Source of the DNA: the human T2T-CHM13v2.0 reference genome, Homo sapiens
DNA: 64,000 nucleotides
Reading direction: 5' to 3'
Assembly (NCBI GenBank): GCA_009914755.4
Contig: CP086569.2
Span: 20,960,001 to 21,024,000, forward strand
Each line of letters starts with the position of its first letter. The first letter of the stretch is position 1. This document shows, piece after piece, positions 13,301-25,200 of this stretch. The notes beneath the pieces were generated by a model. The model ran no database searches and was not told the DNA's origin. It worked only from the letters and a program-made list of their open reading frames with translations. The position numbers and the translations under genes are program-made.

Positions 13301-13700
13301 ATGTATCCAGAGTTTCTTCCTTCTGGCAGGCTCATGGTCCTGCTTAATTCAAGAATGAAGCTGCAGACATTTACGGTGAGTGTTACAGCACTTAGAGGTG
13401 TTATTTCCAGAGTTTGTTCCTTCAGATGTGTCCAGAGTTTCTTCTTTCTGGCAAGTCCATGGTCTTGCTCTCTTCAGGAATGAAGCTGCAGACGTTTACG
13501 GTGAGTGTTGCAGCACCTAAAGGTGTTATGTCCAGAGATTGTTCCTTCAGATGTGCCCAGAGTTTCTTCCTTCTGGCAGATTCATGGTCTTGCTCACTTG
13601 AAGAATGAAGCTGCAAACCTTTACGGTGAGTGTTACAACACTTAAAGGTGTTATGTCCAGTGTTTGTTCCTTCAGATGTGTCCAGAGTTTCTTCCTTCTT
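1340..13700 (+). repeat. Array domain 1: almost pure 125-bp monomers organised into 8-, 10- and 24-monomer HORs (about 1.0, 1.25 and 3.0 kb)
   Basis: Diagnostic monomer variants recur at fixed offsets. ORF-track segments at 3163/4413 and 3647/4897 are 1250 apart, and 4897/~5898 are 1001 apart. Segments 5163/8164, 5379/8380, 6414/9415, 6664/9665, 6914/9915 and 7539/10540 are all 3001 apart. A third copy is shortened (8164→10915 and 8380→11131 = 2751; 9415→11801 = 2386). No 131-bp insertion-variant monomers occur in this domain. Confidence 0.75.
5163..11130 (+). repeat. Two consecutive copies of a ~3.0-kb (24-monomer) HOR, followed by a third shortened copy
   Basis: Long identical or near-identical ORF-track translations at a 3001-bp offset (for example 117 aa at 5379..5732 vs 8380..8733, and 145 aa at 5754..6191 vs 8755..9192, each differing at only 2-3 residues). 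Confidence 0.75.
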
Positions 13701-14199
13701 GCAGGTTCATGGTCTTGTCCACTTCAAGAATGAAACTGAAGACCCTTACGGTGAGTGTTACAGCACTTAAAGGTGTTATGTCCAGAGATTGTTCTTTCAG
13801 TTGTGTCCACAGTTTCTTCCTTTTGGCAGGTTCATGGTCTTGCTCACTTCAAGAATGAAGCTGCAGACCTTGGTGGTGAGTTTTACAGCACTTACAGGTT
13901 TTATGTCCCGAGTTTGTTCCATCAGATGTGTCCAGAGTTTCTTCCTTTTGGCAGCTTCATGGTCTTGCTCACTTCAAGAATGAAGCTGCAGACCTCAGTG
14001 GTGAGTGTTACAGCACTTAAGTGTGTTATGTAAAGAGTTTGTTCCTTCAGATGTGTCCAAAGTTTCTTCAATCTGGCAGGTTCATGGTCTTGCTCACTTC
14101 AAGAGTGAACCTGCAGAATTCAGTGTTGAGTGTTACAGCACTTAAAGGTGTTATGTCTAGAGTTTGTTCCTTCAGATGTGTCCAGAGTTTCTTCCTTCT

Positions 14200-17100
14200 G
14201 GCAGGTTCATGGTCTTGCTCACTTCAAGAAAGAATGAAGCTGCAGACCTTTACGGTGAGTGTTACAGCATATAAAGGTGTTATGTCCAGAGTTTTGTCCT
14301 TCAGATGTCTCCAGAATTTCTTCCTTCTGGCAGGTTCATGGTCTTGCTCACTTCAAGAATGAAGCTGCAGACCTTGGTGGTGAGTGTTACAGCACTTAAA
14401 TGTGTTATGTCCAGAGTTTGTTCCATCTGATGTGTACAGAGTTTCTTCCTTCTGGCAGGTTCATGGTCTTGCTCACTTCAAGAATGAAGCTGCAGACCTT
14501 AGTGGTGAGTGTTACAGCACTTAAAGGTGTTATGTCCAGAGTTTTTTCCTTGTGATGTGTCCAGAGTTTCTTCCTTCTGGCAGGTTCATGGTCTTGCTCA
14601 CTTCAAGAATGAAGCTGCAGACCTTTACGTTGAGTGTTAGAGCACTTAATGTTGTCATGTCCAGAGTTTATTCCTTCAGATGTGTCCAGAGTTTCTTCAT
14701 TCTGGCAGGTTCATGGTCTTGTTCTCTTCAAGAATGAAGCCGCAGACCTTAGTGGTGAGCGTTACAGCACTTAAAGGTTTTATGTCCAGAGTTTGTTCCA
14801 TCAAATGTGTCTAGAGTTTCTTCCTTCTGGGAGGTTCATGGTCTTGCTCACTTCAAGAATGAAGCTGCAGACCTTAGTGGTGAGTGTTACAAGACTTAAA
14901 GGTGTTATGTCCAGAGTTTGTTCCTTGTGATGTTTGCAGAGTTTCTTCATTCAGGCAGGTTCATGGTCTTGCTCACTTCAAGAATTATGCTGCAGACCTT
15001 TACGGTGAATTTTACAGCACTTAAAGGTGTTATGTCCAGAGTTTTTTCCTTTAGTTGTGTCCAGAGTTTCTTTCTTCTGGCAGTTTCATGTTCTTGCTTA
15101 CTTCAAGAATGAAGCTCCAGACCTTTACGGTGAGTTTTACAGCACTTAAAGGTGTTATGTCCAGAGTTTTTTCCTTCAGTTGTGTCCAGAGTTTCTTTCT
15201 TCTGGTAGTTTCATGTTCTTGCTCACTTCAAGAATGAAGCTCCAGACCTTTACGGTGAGTGTTACAGCACTTAAAGCTATTATGTCCAGAGTTTTTACCT
15301 TCAGATGTGTACAGGCTTTCTTCCTTCTGGCAGGTTCATGGTCTTGCTAGATTCAAGAATGAACCTCCATTCCTTTACGGTGAGTGTTACAGCACTTAAA
15401 GGTGTTATGTCCAGAGTTTGTTCCTTCAGATGTGTCCAGAGTTTCTTCCTTCTGGCAAGTTCATGGTCTTGCTCACTTCAAGAATGAAGCTGCAGACCTT
15501 GTTGGTGTGTGTTACAGCACTTACACTTTTTATGTCTCGAGTTTGTTCCATCAGATGTGTCCAGAATTTCTTCCTTTTGGCAGGTTCATGGTCTTGCTCA
15601 CTTCAAGAATGAAGCTGCAGACCTTAGTGGTGAGTGTTACAGCACTTAAAGGTGTTATGTAAAGAGTTTGTTCCATGTGATGTGCGCAGAGTTTCTTCCT
15701 TCTGGCAGGTTCATGGTGTTGCTCACTTGAAGAATGATGCTGCAGACATTTACGGTGAGTGTTACAGCACTTAAAGGTGTTATATCCAGAATTTGTTGCT
15801 TCAGATGTGTCCAGAGTTTCTTTCTTCTGGCAGTTACATGGTCTTGCTTACTTCCAGAATGAAGCTACAGACCTTTACGGTGAGTTTTACAGCACTTAAA
15901 AGTGTTATGTCCAGAGTTTGTTCCTTCAGTTGTGTCCAGAGTTTCTTCCTTCTGGCAGGTTCATGGTCTTGCTCACTTCAAGAATGAAACTACAGACCTT
16001 TACGATGAGTGTTACAGCACTTACAGGTGTTATGTCCCGAGTTTTTTCCATCAGATGTGTCCAGAGTTTATTCCATTTGGCAGGTTCATGGTCTTGCTCA
16101 CTTCAAGAATGAAGCTGCAGACCTTAGTGGTGAGTGTTACAGCACTTAAAGGTGTTATGTCCAGAGGTTGCTCCTTGTGATGTGTGCAGAGTTTGTTTCT
16201 TCTGGCAGGTTCATGGTCTTGCTCACTTCAAGAGTGAAGCTGCAGGCCTTTACGGTGAGTGTTATAGCACTTAAAGGTGTTATGCCCAGAGTTTGTTCCT
16301 TCAGATGTGTTCAGAGTTTCTTCCTTCTAGCAGGTTCATGGTCTTGCTCACTTCAAGAATGAAGCTGCAGACCTTAGCGGTGAATGTTACAGCACTTAAA
16401 GGTGTTATGTCCAGAGTTTTTTCTTTCAGATTTGTCCGGAGTTTCTTCCATCTGGCAGGTTCATGGTCTTGCTCACTTCAAGAGTGAAGCTGCAGAATTT
16501 AGTGGTGAGTGGTACAGCACTTAAAGGTGTTATGTCCAGAGTTTCTTCCTTCAGATTTGTCCAGAGTTTCTTCCTTCTGGCAGGTTCATGGTCTTGCTCA
16601 CTTCAAGAGTGAAGCTGCAGAATTTAGTGGTGAGTGTTACAGCACTTAAAGGTGTTATGTCCAGAGTTTGTTCCTTCAGATGTGTCCAGATATTCTTCCT
16701 TCTTGCAGGGTCATGGTCTTGCTCACTTCAAGAAAGAATGAAGATGCAGACCGTTACGGTGAGTGTTACAGCATATAAAGGTGTTATGGACGGAGTTTGG
16801 TCTTTCAGATGTATCCAGAGTTTCTTCTTCGGGCAGGTTCATGGTCTTGCTCAATTCAAGAATAAAGCTGTAGACCTTGGTGGTGAGTGTTACAGCACTT
16901 AAAGGTGTTATGTCCAGAGTTTGTTCCATCAGATGTGTCCACAGTTTCCTTCTTCTCTCAGGTTCCTGGCCTTGCTCACTTCAAGAATGAATCTCCAGAC
17001 TTTCATGGTGAGGTTTACAGCACTTAAAAGTGTTATGTCCAGAGTTTGTTCCTTCAGTTTTGTCCAGAGTTTCTTCCTTCTGGCAGGTTCATGGTCTTGT

Positions 17101-20100
17101 TCAATTCAATAATGAAGCTGCACACCTTGGTGGTGGGTGTTACAGCACTTAAAGGTGTTACGTCCAGAGTTTGTTCCATCAGATGTGTATAGACTTTCTT
17201 CCTTTTGGCAGATTCATGGTATTGCTTACTTCAAGAATGAAGCTGCAGACATTTACGGTGAGTGTTACAGCACTTAAAGTTGTTATATCCAGAGTTTGTT
17301 CCATAAGATGTGTCTAGAGTTTCTTCCTTCTGGCATGTTCATGGTCTTGCTCACTTCAGGATAGAATGAAGCTGCAGACATTTACGGTGAGTGTTACAGC
17401 ATATAAAGTGTTATGTCCAGAGTTTGTTCCTTCAGATGTGTCCAGAGTTTCTTCTGGCAGGTTCATGGTCTTGCTCACTTCAAGAATGAAGGTCCAGTCC
17501 TTTACGGTGAGTGTTACAGCACTTAAAGGTGTTATGTCCAGAGTTTGTTCCTTCAGATGTGGCCAGAGTTTCTTCCTTCTGTCAGGTTCATGGTCTTGCT
17601 CACTTCAAGAATGAAACTGCAGACCATTACCGTGAGTGTTACAGCACTTAAATGTGTTATGTCCAGAGTTTTTTCCTTCAGATTTGTCCAGTTTCTTCCT
17701 TCTGGCAGGTTCATGGTCTTGCTCACTTCAAGAATGAAACTGTCGACCTTTACCGTGAGTGTTACAGCACTGAAAGATGTTATGTCCAGAGTTTGTTCCT
17801 TCAGATATTTCCAGAGTTTCTTCCATCTGGCAGGTTCATGGTCTTGATCACTTCAAGAATGAAGCAGCAGACCTTATTTGTGAGGGTTACAGCTCTTAAA
17901 GGTGTTATGTCCAGAGTTTTTTCCTTCAGTTGTGTCCAGAGTTTCTTCCTTCTGGCAGGTTCATGGTCTTGCTCACTTCAAGAATGAAGCTGCAGACATT
18001 TACTGTGAGTGTTACAGCACTTAAATTTGTTATATCCAGAGTTTGTTCCTTCAGATGTGTCTAGAGTTTCTTCCTTCTGGCATGTTCACGGTCTTGCTCA
18101 CTTCAAGAAAGAATGAAGCTGCAGAAATTTACGGTGAGTGTTACAGCATATAAAGTGTTATGTCCAGAGTTTGTTCCTTCAGATGTGTCCAGAGTTTCTT
18201 CCTTCTGGCAGGTTCATGGTCTTGCTCACTTCAAGAATGAAGCTGCAGACCTAGGTGGTGAGTGTTATAGCACTTAAAGATGTTATGTCCAGAGTTTGTT
18301 CATTCAGATGTGTCCAGAATTTCTTTCTTCTGGCAGGTTCATGGTCTTGCGGACTTCAGTAATGAAGCTCAAGTCCTTTACGGTGAGTGTTACGGCACTT
18401 AAAGGTGTTATGTCCAGAGTTTCTTCCATCAGATTTGTCCAGAGTTTCTTCCTTCTGGCGGGTTCATGGTCTTGCTCACTTCAAGAATGAAGCTGCAGTC
18501 CTTAGTGGTGAGTGTTACAGCACTTAAAGGTGTTATGTAAAGAGTTTGTTCCTTCAGATATGTCCAAAGTTTCTTCAATCTGGCAGGTTCATGGTCTTAC
18601 TCACTTCAAGAGTGAAGATGCAGAATTTAGTGGTGAGTGTTACAGCACTTAAAAGTGTTATGTCCAGCGTTTGTTACTACAGATGTGTCCAGATATTCTT
18701 CCTTCTGGCAGGTTCATGGTCTTGCTCACTTCAAGAAAGAATGAAGCTGCAGACCTTTACGGTGAGTGCTACAGCATAGAAAGGTGTTAGGTCTAGAGTT
18801 TTTTCCTTCAGATGTGTCCAGAGTTTCTTCCTTCTGGCAGGTTCATGGTCTTGCTCAATTCAAGAATGAAGCTGCAGACCTTAGTTTTGAGTGTTACAGC
18901 CCTTGAAAGTGTTATGTCCAGAGTTTGTTCCTTCAGATGTGTCTAGAGTTTCTTCCTTCTGGCAGGTTCATGGTCTTGCTCACTTCAAGAATGAAGCTGC
19001 AGACCTTAGGGGTGAGTGTTACAGTACTTAAAGGTGTTATGTGCAGAGTTTTTTTCCTTCAGATGTGTCCAGAGTTTCTTCCAACTTGCATTTTCATGGT
19101 CTTGCTCACTTCAAGAGTGAAGCTGCAAAATTTAGTGGTGATTGTTACAGCACTTAAAGGTGTTATGTCCAGAGTTTGTTCCTTCAGATGTGTCGAGATA
19201 TTCTTTCTTCTGGTATGTTCATGGTCTGGCTCACTTTAAGAAAGAATGAAGCTGCAGACCTTTACGGTGAGTGTTACAGCATATAAAGGTGTTATGTCCA
19301 GAGTTTTGTCCTTCAGATGTCTCCAGAAATTCTTCCTTCGAGCAGGTTCATGGTCTTGCTCACTTCAAGAATGAAGCTGCAGACTTTGGTGGTGAGTGTT
19401 ACAGCACTTAAATGTGTTATGTCCAGAGTTTGTTCCATCTGATGTGTACAGAGTTTCTTCCTTCTGGCAGGTTCATGGTCTTGCTCACTTCAAGAATGAA
19501 GCTGCAGACCCTAGTGGTGAGTGTTACAGCACTTAAAGGTGTTATGTCCAGAGTTTGTTCCTTGTGATGTGTCCAGAGTTTCTTCCTTCTGGCAGGTTCA
19601 TGGTCTTGCTCACTTCAAGAATGCAGCTGCAGACCTTTACGTTGAGTGTTAGAGCACTTAATGTTGTCATGTCCAGAGTTTGTTCCTTCAGATGTGTCCA
19701 GAGTTTCTTCATTCTGGCAGGTTCATGGTCTTGTTCTCTTCAAGAATGAAGCCGCAGACCTTAGTGGTGAGCGTTACAGCACTTAAAGGTTTTATGTCCA
19801 GAGATTGTTCCATCAAATGTGTCTAGAGTTTCTTCCTTCTGGGAGGTTCATGGTCTTGCTCACTTCAAGAATGATGCTGCAGACCTTAGTGGTGAGTGTT
19901 ACAACACTTAAAGGTGTTATGTCCAGAGTTTGTTCCTTGTGATGTTTGCAGAGTTTCTTCATTCTGGCAGGTTCATGGTCTTGCTCACTTCAAGAATGAT
20001 GCTGCAGACCTTTACGGTGAGTTTTACAGCACTTAAAGGTGTTATGTCCAGAGATTTTTCCTTCAGTTGTGTCCAGAGTTTCCTTCTTCTGGCAGTTTCA

Positions 20101-21900
20101 TGTTCTTGCTCACTTCAAGAATGAAGCTCCAGACCTTTTAGGTGAGTGTTACAGCACTTAAAGGTATTATGTCCAGAGTTTTTTCCTTCAGATGTGTACA
20201 GAGTTTCTTCCTTCTGGCAGGTTCATGGTCTTGCTAGCTTCAAGAATGAACCTCCATTCCTTTACGGTGAGTGTTACAGCACTTAAAGGTGTTATGTCCG
20301 GAGTTTGTTCCTCCAGATGTGTCCAGAGTTTCTTCCTTCTGGCAGGTTCATGGTCTTGCTCACTTCAAGAATGAAGCTGCAGACCTTAGTGGTGAGGGTT
20401 ACAGCATTTAAAGGTGTTATGTCCAGAGTTTTTTCCTTCAGATGTGTCCAGAGTTTCTTCCTTCTGGCAGGTTTATGGTCTTGCTCACTTCAAGAATGAA
20501 ACTACAGACCTTTACGATGAGTGTTACAGTACTTACAGGTGTTATGTCCCGAGTTTTTTCCATCAGATGTGTCCAGACTTTATTCCTTTTGGCAGGTTCA
20601 TGGTCTTGCTCACTTCAAGAATGAAGCTGCAGACCTTAGTGGTGAGTGTTACAGCACTTAAAGGTGTTATTTCCAGAGGTTGCTCCTTGTGATGTGTCCA
20701 GAGTTTGTTTCTTCTGGCAGGTTCATGGTCTTGCTCACTTCAAGAATGAAGCTGCAGGCCTTTACGGTGAGTGTTAAAGCACTTAAATGTGTTATGTCCA
20801 GAGTTTGTTCCTTCAGATGTGTTCAGAGTTTCTTCCTTCTGGCAGGTTCATGGTCTTGCTCACTTCAAGAGTGAAGCTGCAGAATTTAGTGGTGAGTGTT
20901 ACAGCACTTAAAGGTGTTATGTCCAGAGTTTGTTCCTTCATATGTGTCCAGATATTCTTCCTTCTTGCAGGGTCATGGTCTTGCTCACTTCAAGAAAGAA
21001 TGAAGATGCAGACCGTTACGGTGAGTGTTACAGCATATAAAGGTGTTGTGGACGGAGTTTGGTCCTTCAGATGTATCCAGAGTTTCTTCTTCGAGCAGGT
21101 TCATGGTCTTGCTCAATTCAAGAATAAAGCTGCAGACCTTGGTGGTGAGTGTTACAGCACTTAAAGGTGTTATGTCCAGAGTTTGTTCCATCAGATGTGT
21201 CCACAGTTTCCTTCTTCTCTCAGGTTCCTGGCCTTGCTCACTTCAAGAATGAATCTCCAGACTTTTACGGTGAGGTTTACAGCACTTAAAAGTGTTGTGT
21301 CCAGAGTTTGTTCCTTCAGTTTTGTCCAGAGTTTCTTCCTTCTGGCAGGTTCATGGTCTTGTTCAATTCAATAATGAAGCTGCACACCTTGGTGGTGGGT
21401 GTTACAGCACTTAAAGGTGTTACGTCCAGAGTTTGTTCCATCAGATGTGTATAGACTTTCTTCCTTTTGGCAGGTTCATGGTATTGCTCACTTCAAGAAT
21501 GAAGCTGCAGACATTTACGGTGAGTGTTACAGCACTTAAAGTTGTTATATCCAGAGTTTGTTCCATAAGATGTGTCTAGAGTTTCTTCCTTCTGGCATGT
21601 TCATGGTCTTGCTCACTTCAGGATAGAATGAAGCTGCAGACATTTACGGTGAGTGTTACAGCATATAAAGTGTTATGTCCAGAGTTTATTCCTTCAGATG
21701 TGTCCAGAGTTTCTTCTTTCTGGCAGGTTCATGGTCTTGCTCACTTTAAGAATGAGGCTGCAGACCTAGGTGGTGAGTGTTACAGCACGTAAAGGTGTGA
21801 TGTCCAGAGTTTCTTCCGTAAGATGTGTCTAGAGTTTCTTCCTTCTGGCATGTTCATGGTCTTGCTCACTTCAAGAAAGAATGAAGCTGCAGACCTTTAC
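14200..21900 (+). repeat. A ~5-kb HOR block (14.2-19.2 kb) repeated at 19.2-21.9 kb, with progressive deletions in the second copy
   Basis: Offsets between matching ORF-track segments shrink along the unit: 14552→19555 = 5003, 14918→19930 = 5012, 15305→20192 = 4887, 15902→20414 = 4512, 16168→20680 = 4512, 16723(-)→20985(-) = 4262, 16921→21183 = 4262. Confidence 0.65.
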
Positions 21901-22299
21901 GGTGATTGTTACAGCATATAAAGTGTTATGTCCAAAGTTTGTTCCTTCAGATATGTCCAGAGTTTCTTCCTTCTGGCAGGTTCATGGTCTTGCTCACTTT
22001 AAGAATGAGGCTGTAGACCTAGGTGGTGAGTGTTACAGCACTTAAAGGTGTGATGTCCAGAGTTTGTTCCTTCAGATGTGTCCAGTGTTCCTTTCTTCTG
22101 GCAGGTTCATGGTCTTGCTCACTTCAAGAATGAAGCTCCAGTCCTTTACGGTGAGTGTTACAACACTTAAAGGTGTTATGTGCAGAGTTTGTTCCTTCAG
22201 ATGTGTCCAGAGTTTCTTCCTTCTGGCAGGTTCATGGTCTTGCTCACTTCAAAAATGAAACTGCAGACCATTACGGTGAGTGTTACAGCACTTAAAGGT

Positions 22300-25200
22300 G
22301 TTATGTCCAGAGTTTGTTCCTTCAGATGTGTCCAGTTTCTTCCTCCTGGCAGGTTCATGGTCTTGCTCACTTCAAGAATGAAACTGTAGACCTTTACGGT
22401 GAGTGTTACAGCACTGAAAGATGTTATGTCCAGAGTTTTTTCCTTCAGATATTTCCAGAGTTTCTTCCATCTGGCAGGTTCATGGTCTTGGTCACTTCAA
22501 GAATGAAACTGCAGACCTTAGTGGTGAGTGTTACTGCACTTAAAGGTGTTATGTCCAGAGTTTTTTCCTACAGATGTGTCCAGAGTTTCTTCCTTCTGGC
22601 AGGTTCATGGTCTTGCTCACTTCAAGAATGAAGCTACAGACCTTAGTTATGAGTGTTACAGCACTTAAAGGTATTATGCCCAGAGTTTGTTACTTCAGAT
22701 GTGTCCAGAGTTTCTCCCTTCTGGCAGGTTCATGGTCTTGCTCACTTCAAGAATGAAGCTGCATTCCTTAGTGGTGAGTGTTCCAGCACCTAAAGATGTT
22801 ATGTAAAGAGTTTGTTCCTTCAGATGTGTCCAAAGTTTCTTCAATTTGGCAGGTTCATAGTCTTGCTCACTTCAAGAGTGTAGCTGCAGAATTTAGTGGT
22901 GAGTGTTACAGCACTTAAAAGTGTTATGTCCATAGTTTGTTACTTCAGATGTGTCCAGATATTCTTCCTTCTGGCAGGTTCATGGTCTTGCTCACTTCAA
23001 GAAAGAATGAAGCTGCAGACCTTTACGGTGAGTGCTACAGCATATAAAGGTGTTATGTCCAGAGTTTTTTCCTACAGATGTGTCCAGAGTTTCTTCCTTC
23101 TGGCAGGTTCATGGTCTTGCTCAATTCAAGAATGAAGCTGCAGACCTTAGTTTTGAGTGTTACAGCACTTAAAAGTGTTATGTCCAGAGATTGTTCCTTC
23201 AGATGTGTCCAGAGTTTCTTCCTTCTGGCAGGTTCATGGTCTTGCTCACTTCAAGAATGAAGCTACAGACCTTAGGGGTGAGTGTTACAGTACTTAAGGG
23301 TGTTATGTCCAGAGTTTTTTCCTTCAGATGTGTTCAGAGTTTCTTCCAACTTGCATTTTCATGGTCTTGCTCACTTCAAGAGTGAAGCTGCAAAATTTAG
23401 TGGTGATTGTTACAGCACTTAAAGGTGTTATGTCCAGAGTTTGTTCCTTCAGATGTGTCGAGATATTCTTTCTTCTGGTATGTTCATGGTCTTGCTCACT
23501 TCAAGAAAGAATGAAGCTGTAGACCTTTACGGTGAGTGTTACAGCATATAAAGGTGTTATGTCCAGAGTTTTGTCCCTCAGATGTGTCCAGAATTTCTTC
23601 TTTCGGGGAGGTTCATGGTCTTGCTCACTTCAAGAATGAAGCTGCAGACCTTGGTGGTGATTGTTACAGCAGTTAAAGGTGTTTGTCCTGAGTTTGTTCC
23701 ATCGGATGTGTATAGAGTTTCTTCCTTCTGGCAAGTTGATGGTCTTGCTCACTTCAAGAACGAAGCTGCAGACCTTTACGGTGAGTGTCACAGCACTTAA
23801 AGGTGTTATGTCCAGAGTTTGTTCATTCAGATGTGTCCAGAATTTCTCCCTTCTGGCAGGTTCATGGTCTTGCTCACTTCAAGAATGAAGATGCAGACAT
23901 TTAGGGTGAGTGTTACGACACTTAAAAGTTTTATGTCCAGAGTTTGTTCCTTCAGATGTGGCCAGAGTTTCTTCCTTCTGGCAGGTTCACGGTCTTGCTC
24001 ACTTCAAGAATGAAGCTGCAGACCTAGGTGGTGAGCGTTACAGCAATTAAAGGTGTTATGTCCAGAGTTTGTACCGTCAGATACGTCTAGAGTTTCTTCT
24101 CTCTGGCAGGTTCATGGTCTTGCTCACTTCAAGAATGAAGCTGCAGACCTTAGTGGTGAGTGTTACAGTACTTAAAGTTGTTATGTCCAGAGTTTGTTCG
24201 TTCAGATGTGTCCAGAGTTTCTTCCATCTGGCAGGTTCATGGTCTTGCGCACTTCAAGAATGGAGCTGCAGACCTTTGAGGTGAGTGTTGCAACAATTAA
24301 AGGTGTTATGTCCAGGGTTTTTTCCTTCAGAGGTGTCCAGAGTTTCTTCTTTCTGGCAGGTTCATGGTCTTGCTCACTTCAAGAATGAAACTGTAGACCT
24401 TTACGGTGAGTGTTACAGCACTGAAAGATGTTATGTCCAGAGTTTTTTCCTTCAGATATTTCCAGAGTTTCTTCCATCTGGCAGGTTCATGGTCTTGCTC
24501 ACTTCAAGAATGAAGCTGCAGACCTTAGTGGTGAGGGTTACAGCACTTAAAGTTGTTTTATCCAGAGTTTTTTCCTTCAGATGTGTCCAGAGTTTCTTCC
24601 TTCTGGCATGTTCATGGTCTTGCTCACTTCAAGAATGAAGCTGCAGACCTTAGTGGTGGGTGTTACAGCACTTAAAGGTATTATGCCCAGAGTTTGTTAC
24701 TTCAGATGTGTCCAGAGTTTCTTCCTTCTGGCAGGTTCATGGTCTTGCTCACTTCAAGAATGAAGCTGCAGACATTTACGGTGAGTGTTACAGCACTTAA
24801 ATTTGTTATATCCAGAGTTTGTTCCTTCAGATGTGTCCAGAATTTCTTCCTTCTGGCAGGTTCATGGTCTTCCTTACTTCAAGAATGAAGCTGCAGACCT
24901 TTATGGTGAGTGTTACAGCACTTAAAAGTTTTATGTCCAGAGTTTGTTCCTTCAGATGTGTCCAGAGTTTCTTCCTTCAGGCAGGTTCATGGTCTTGCTC
25001 ACTTCAAGAATGAAGCTGCAGACCTAGGTGGTGAGCGTTACAGCACTTAAAGGTGTTATGTCCAGAGTTTGTTCCTTCAGATGTGTTCTGAGTTTCTTCC
25101 TTCTGGCAGGTTCATGGTCTTGCTCACTTCAAGAATGAAGCTGCAGACCTTAGTGGTGAATGTTACAGCAATTAAAGGTGTTATGTCCAGAGTGTTTTCT

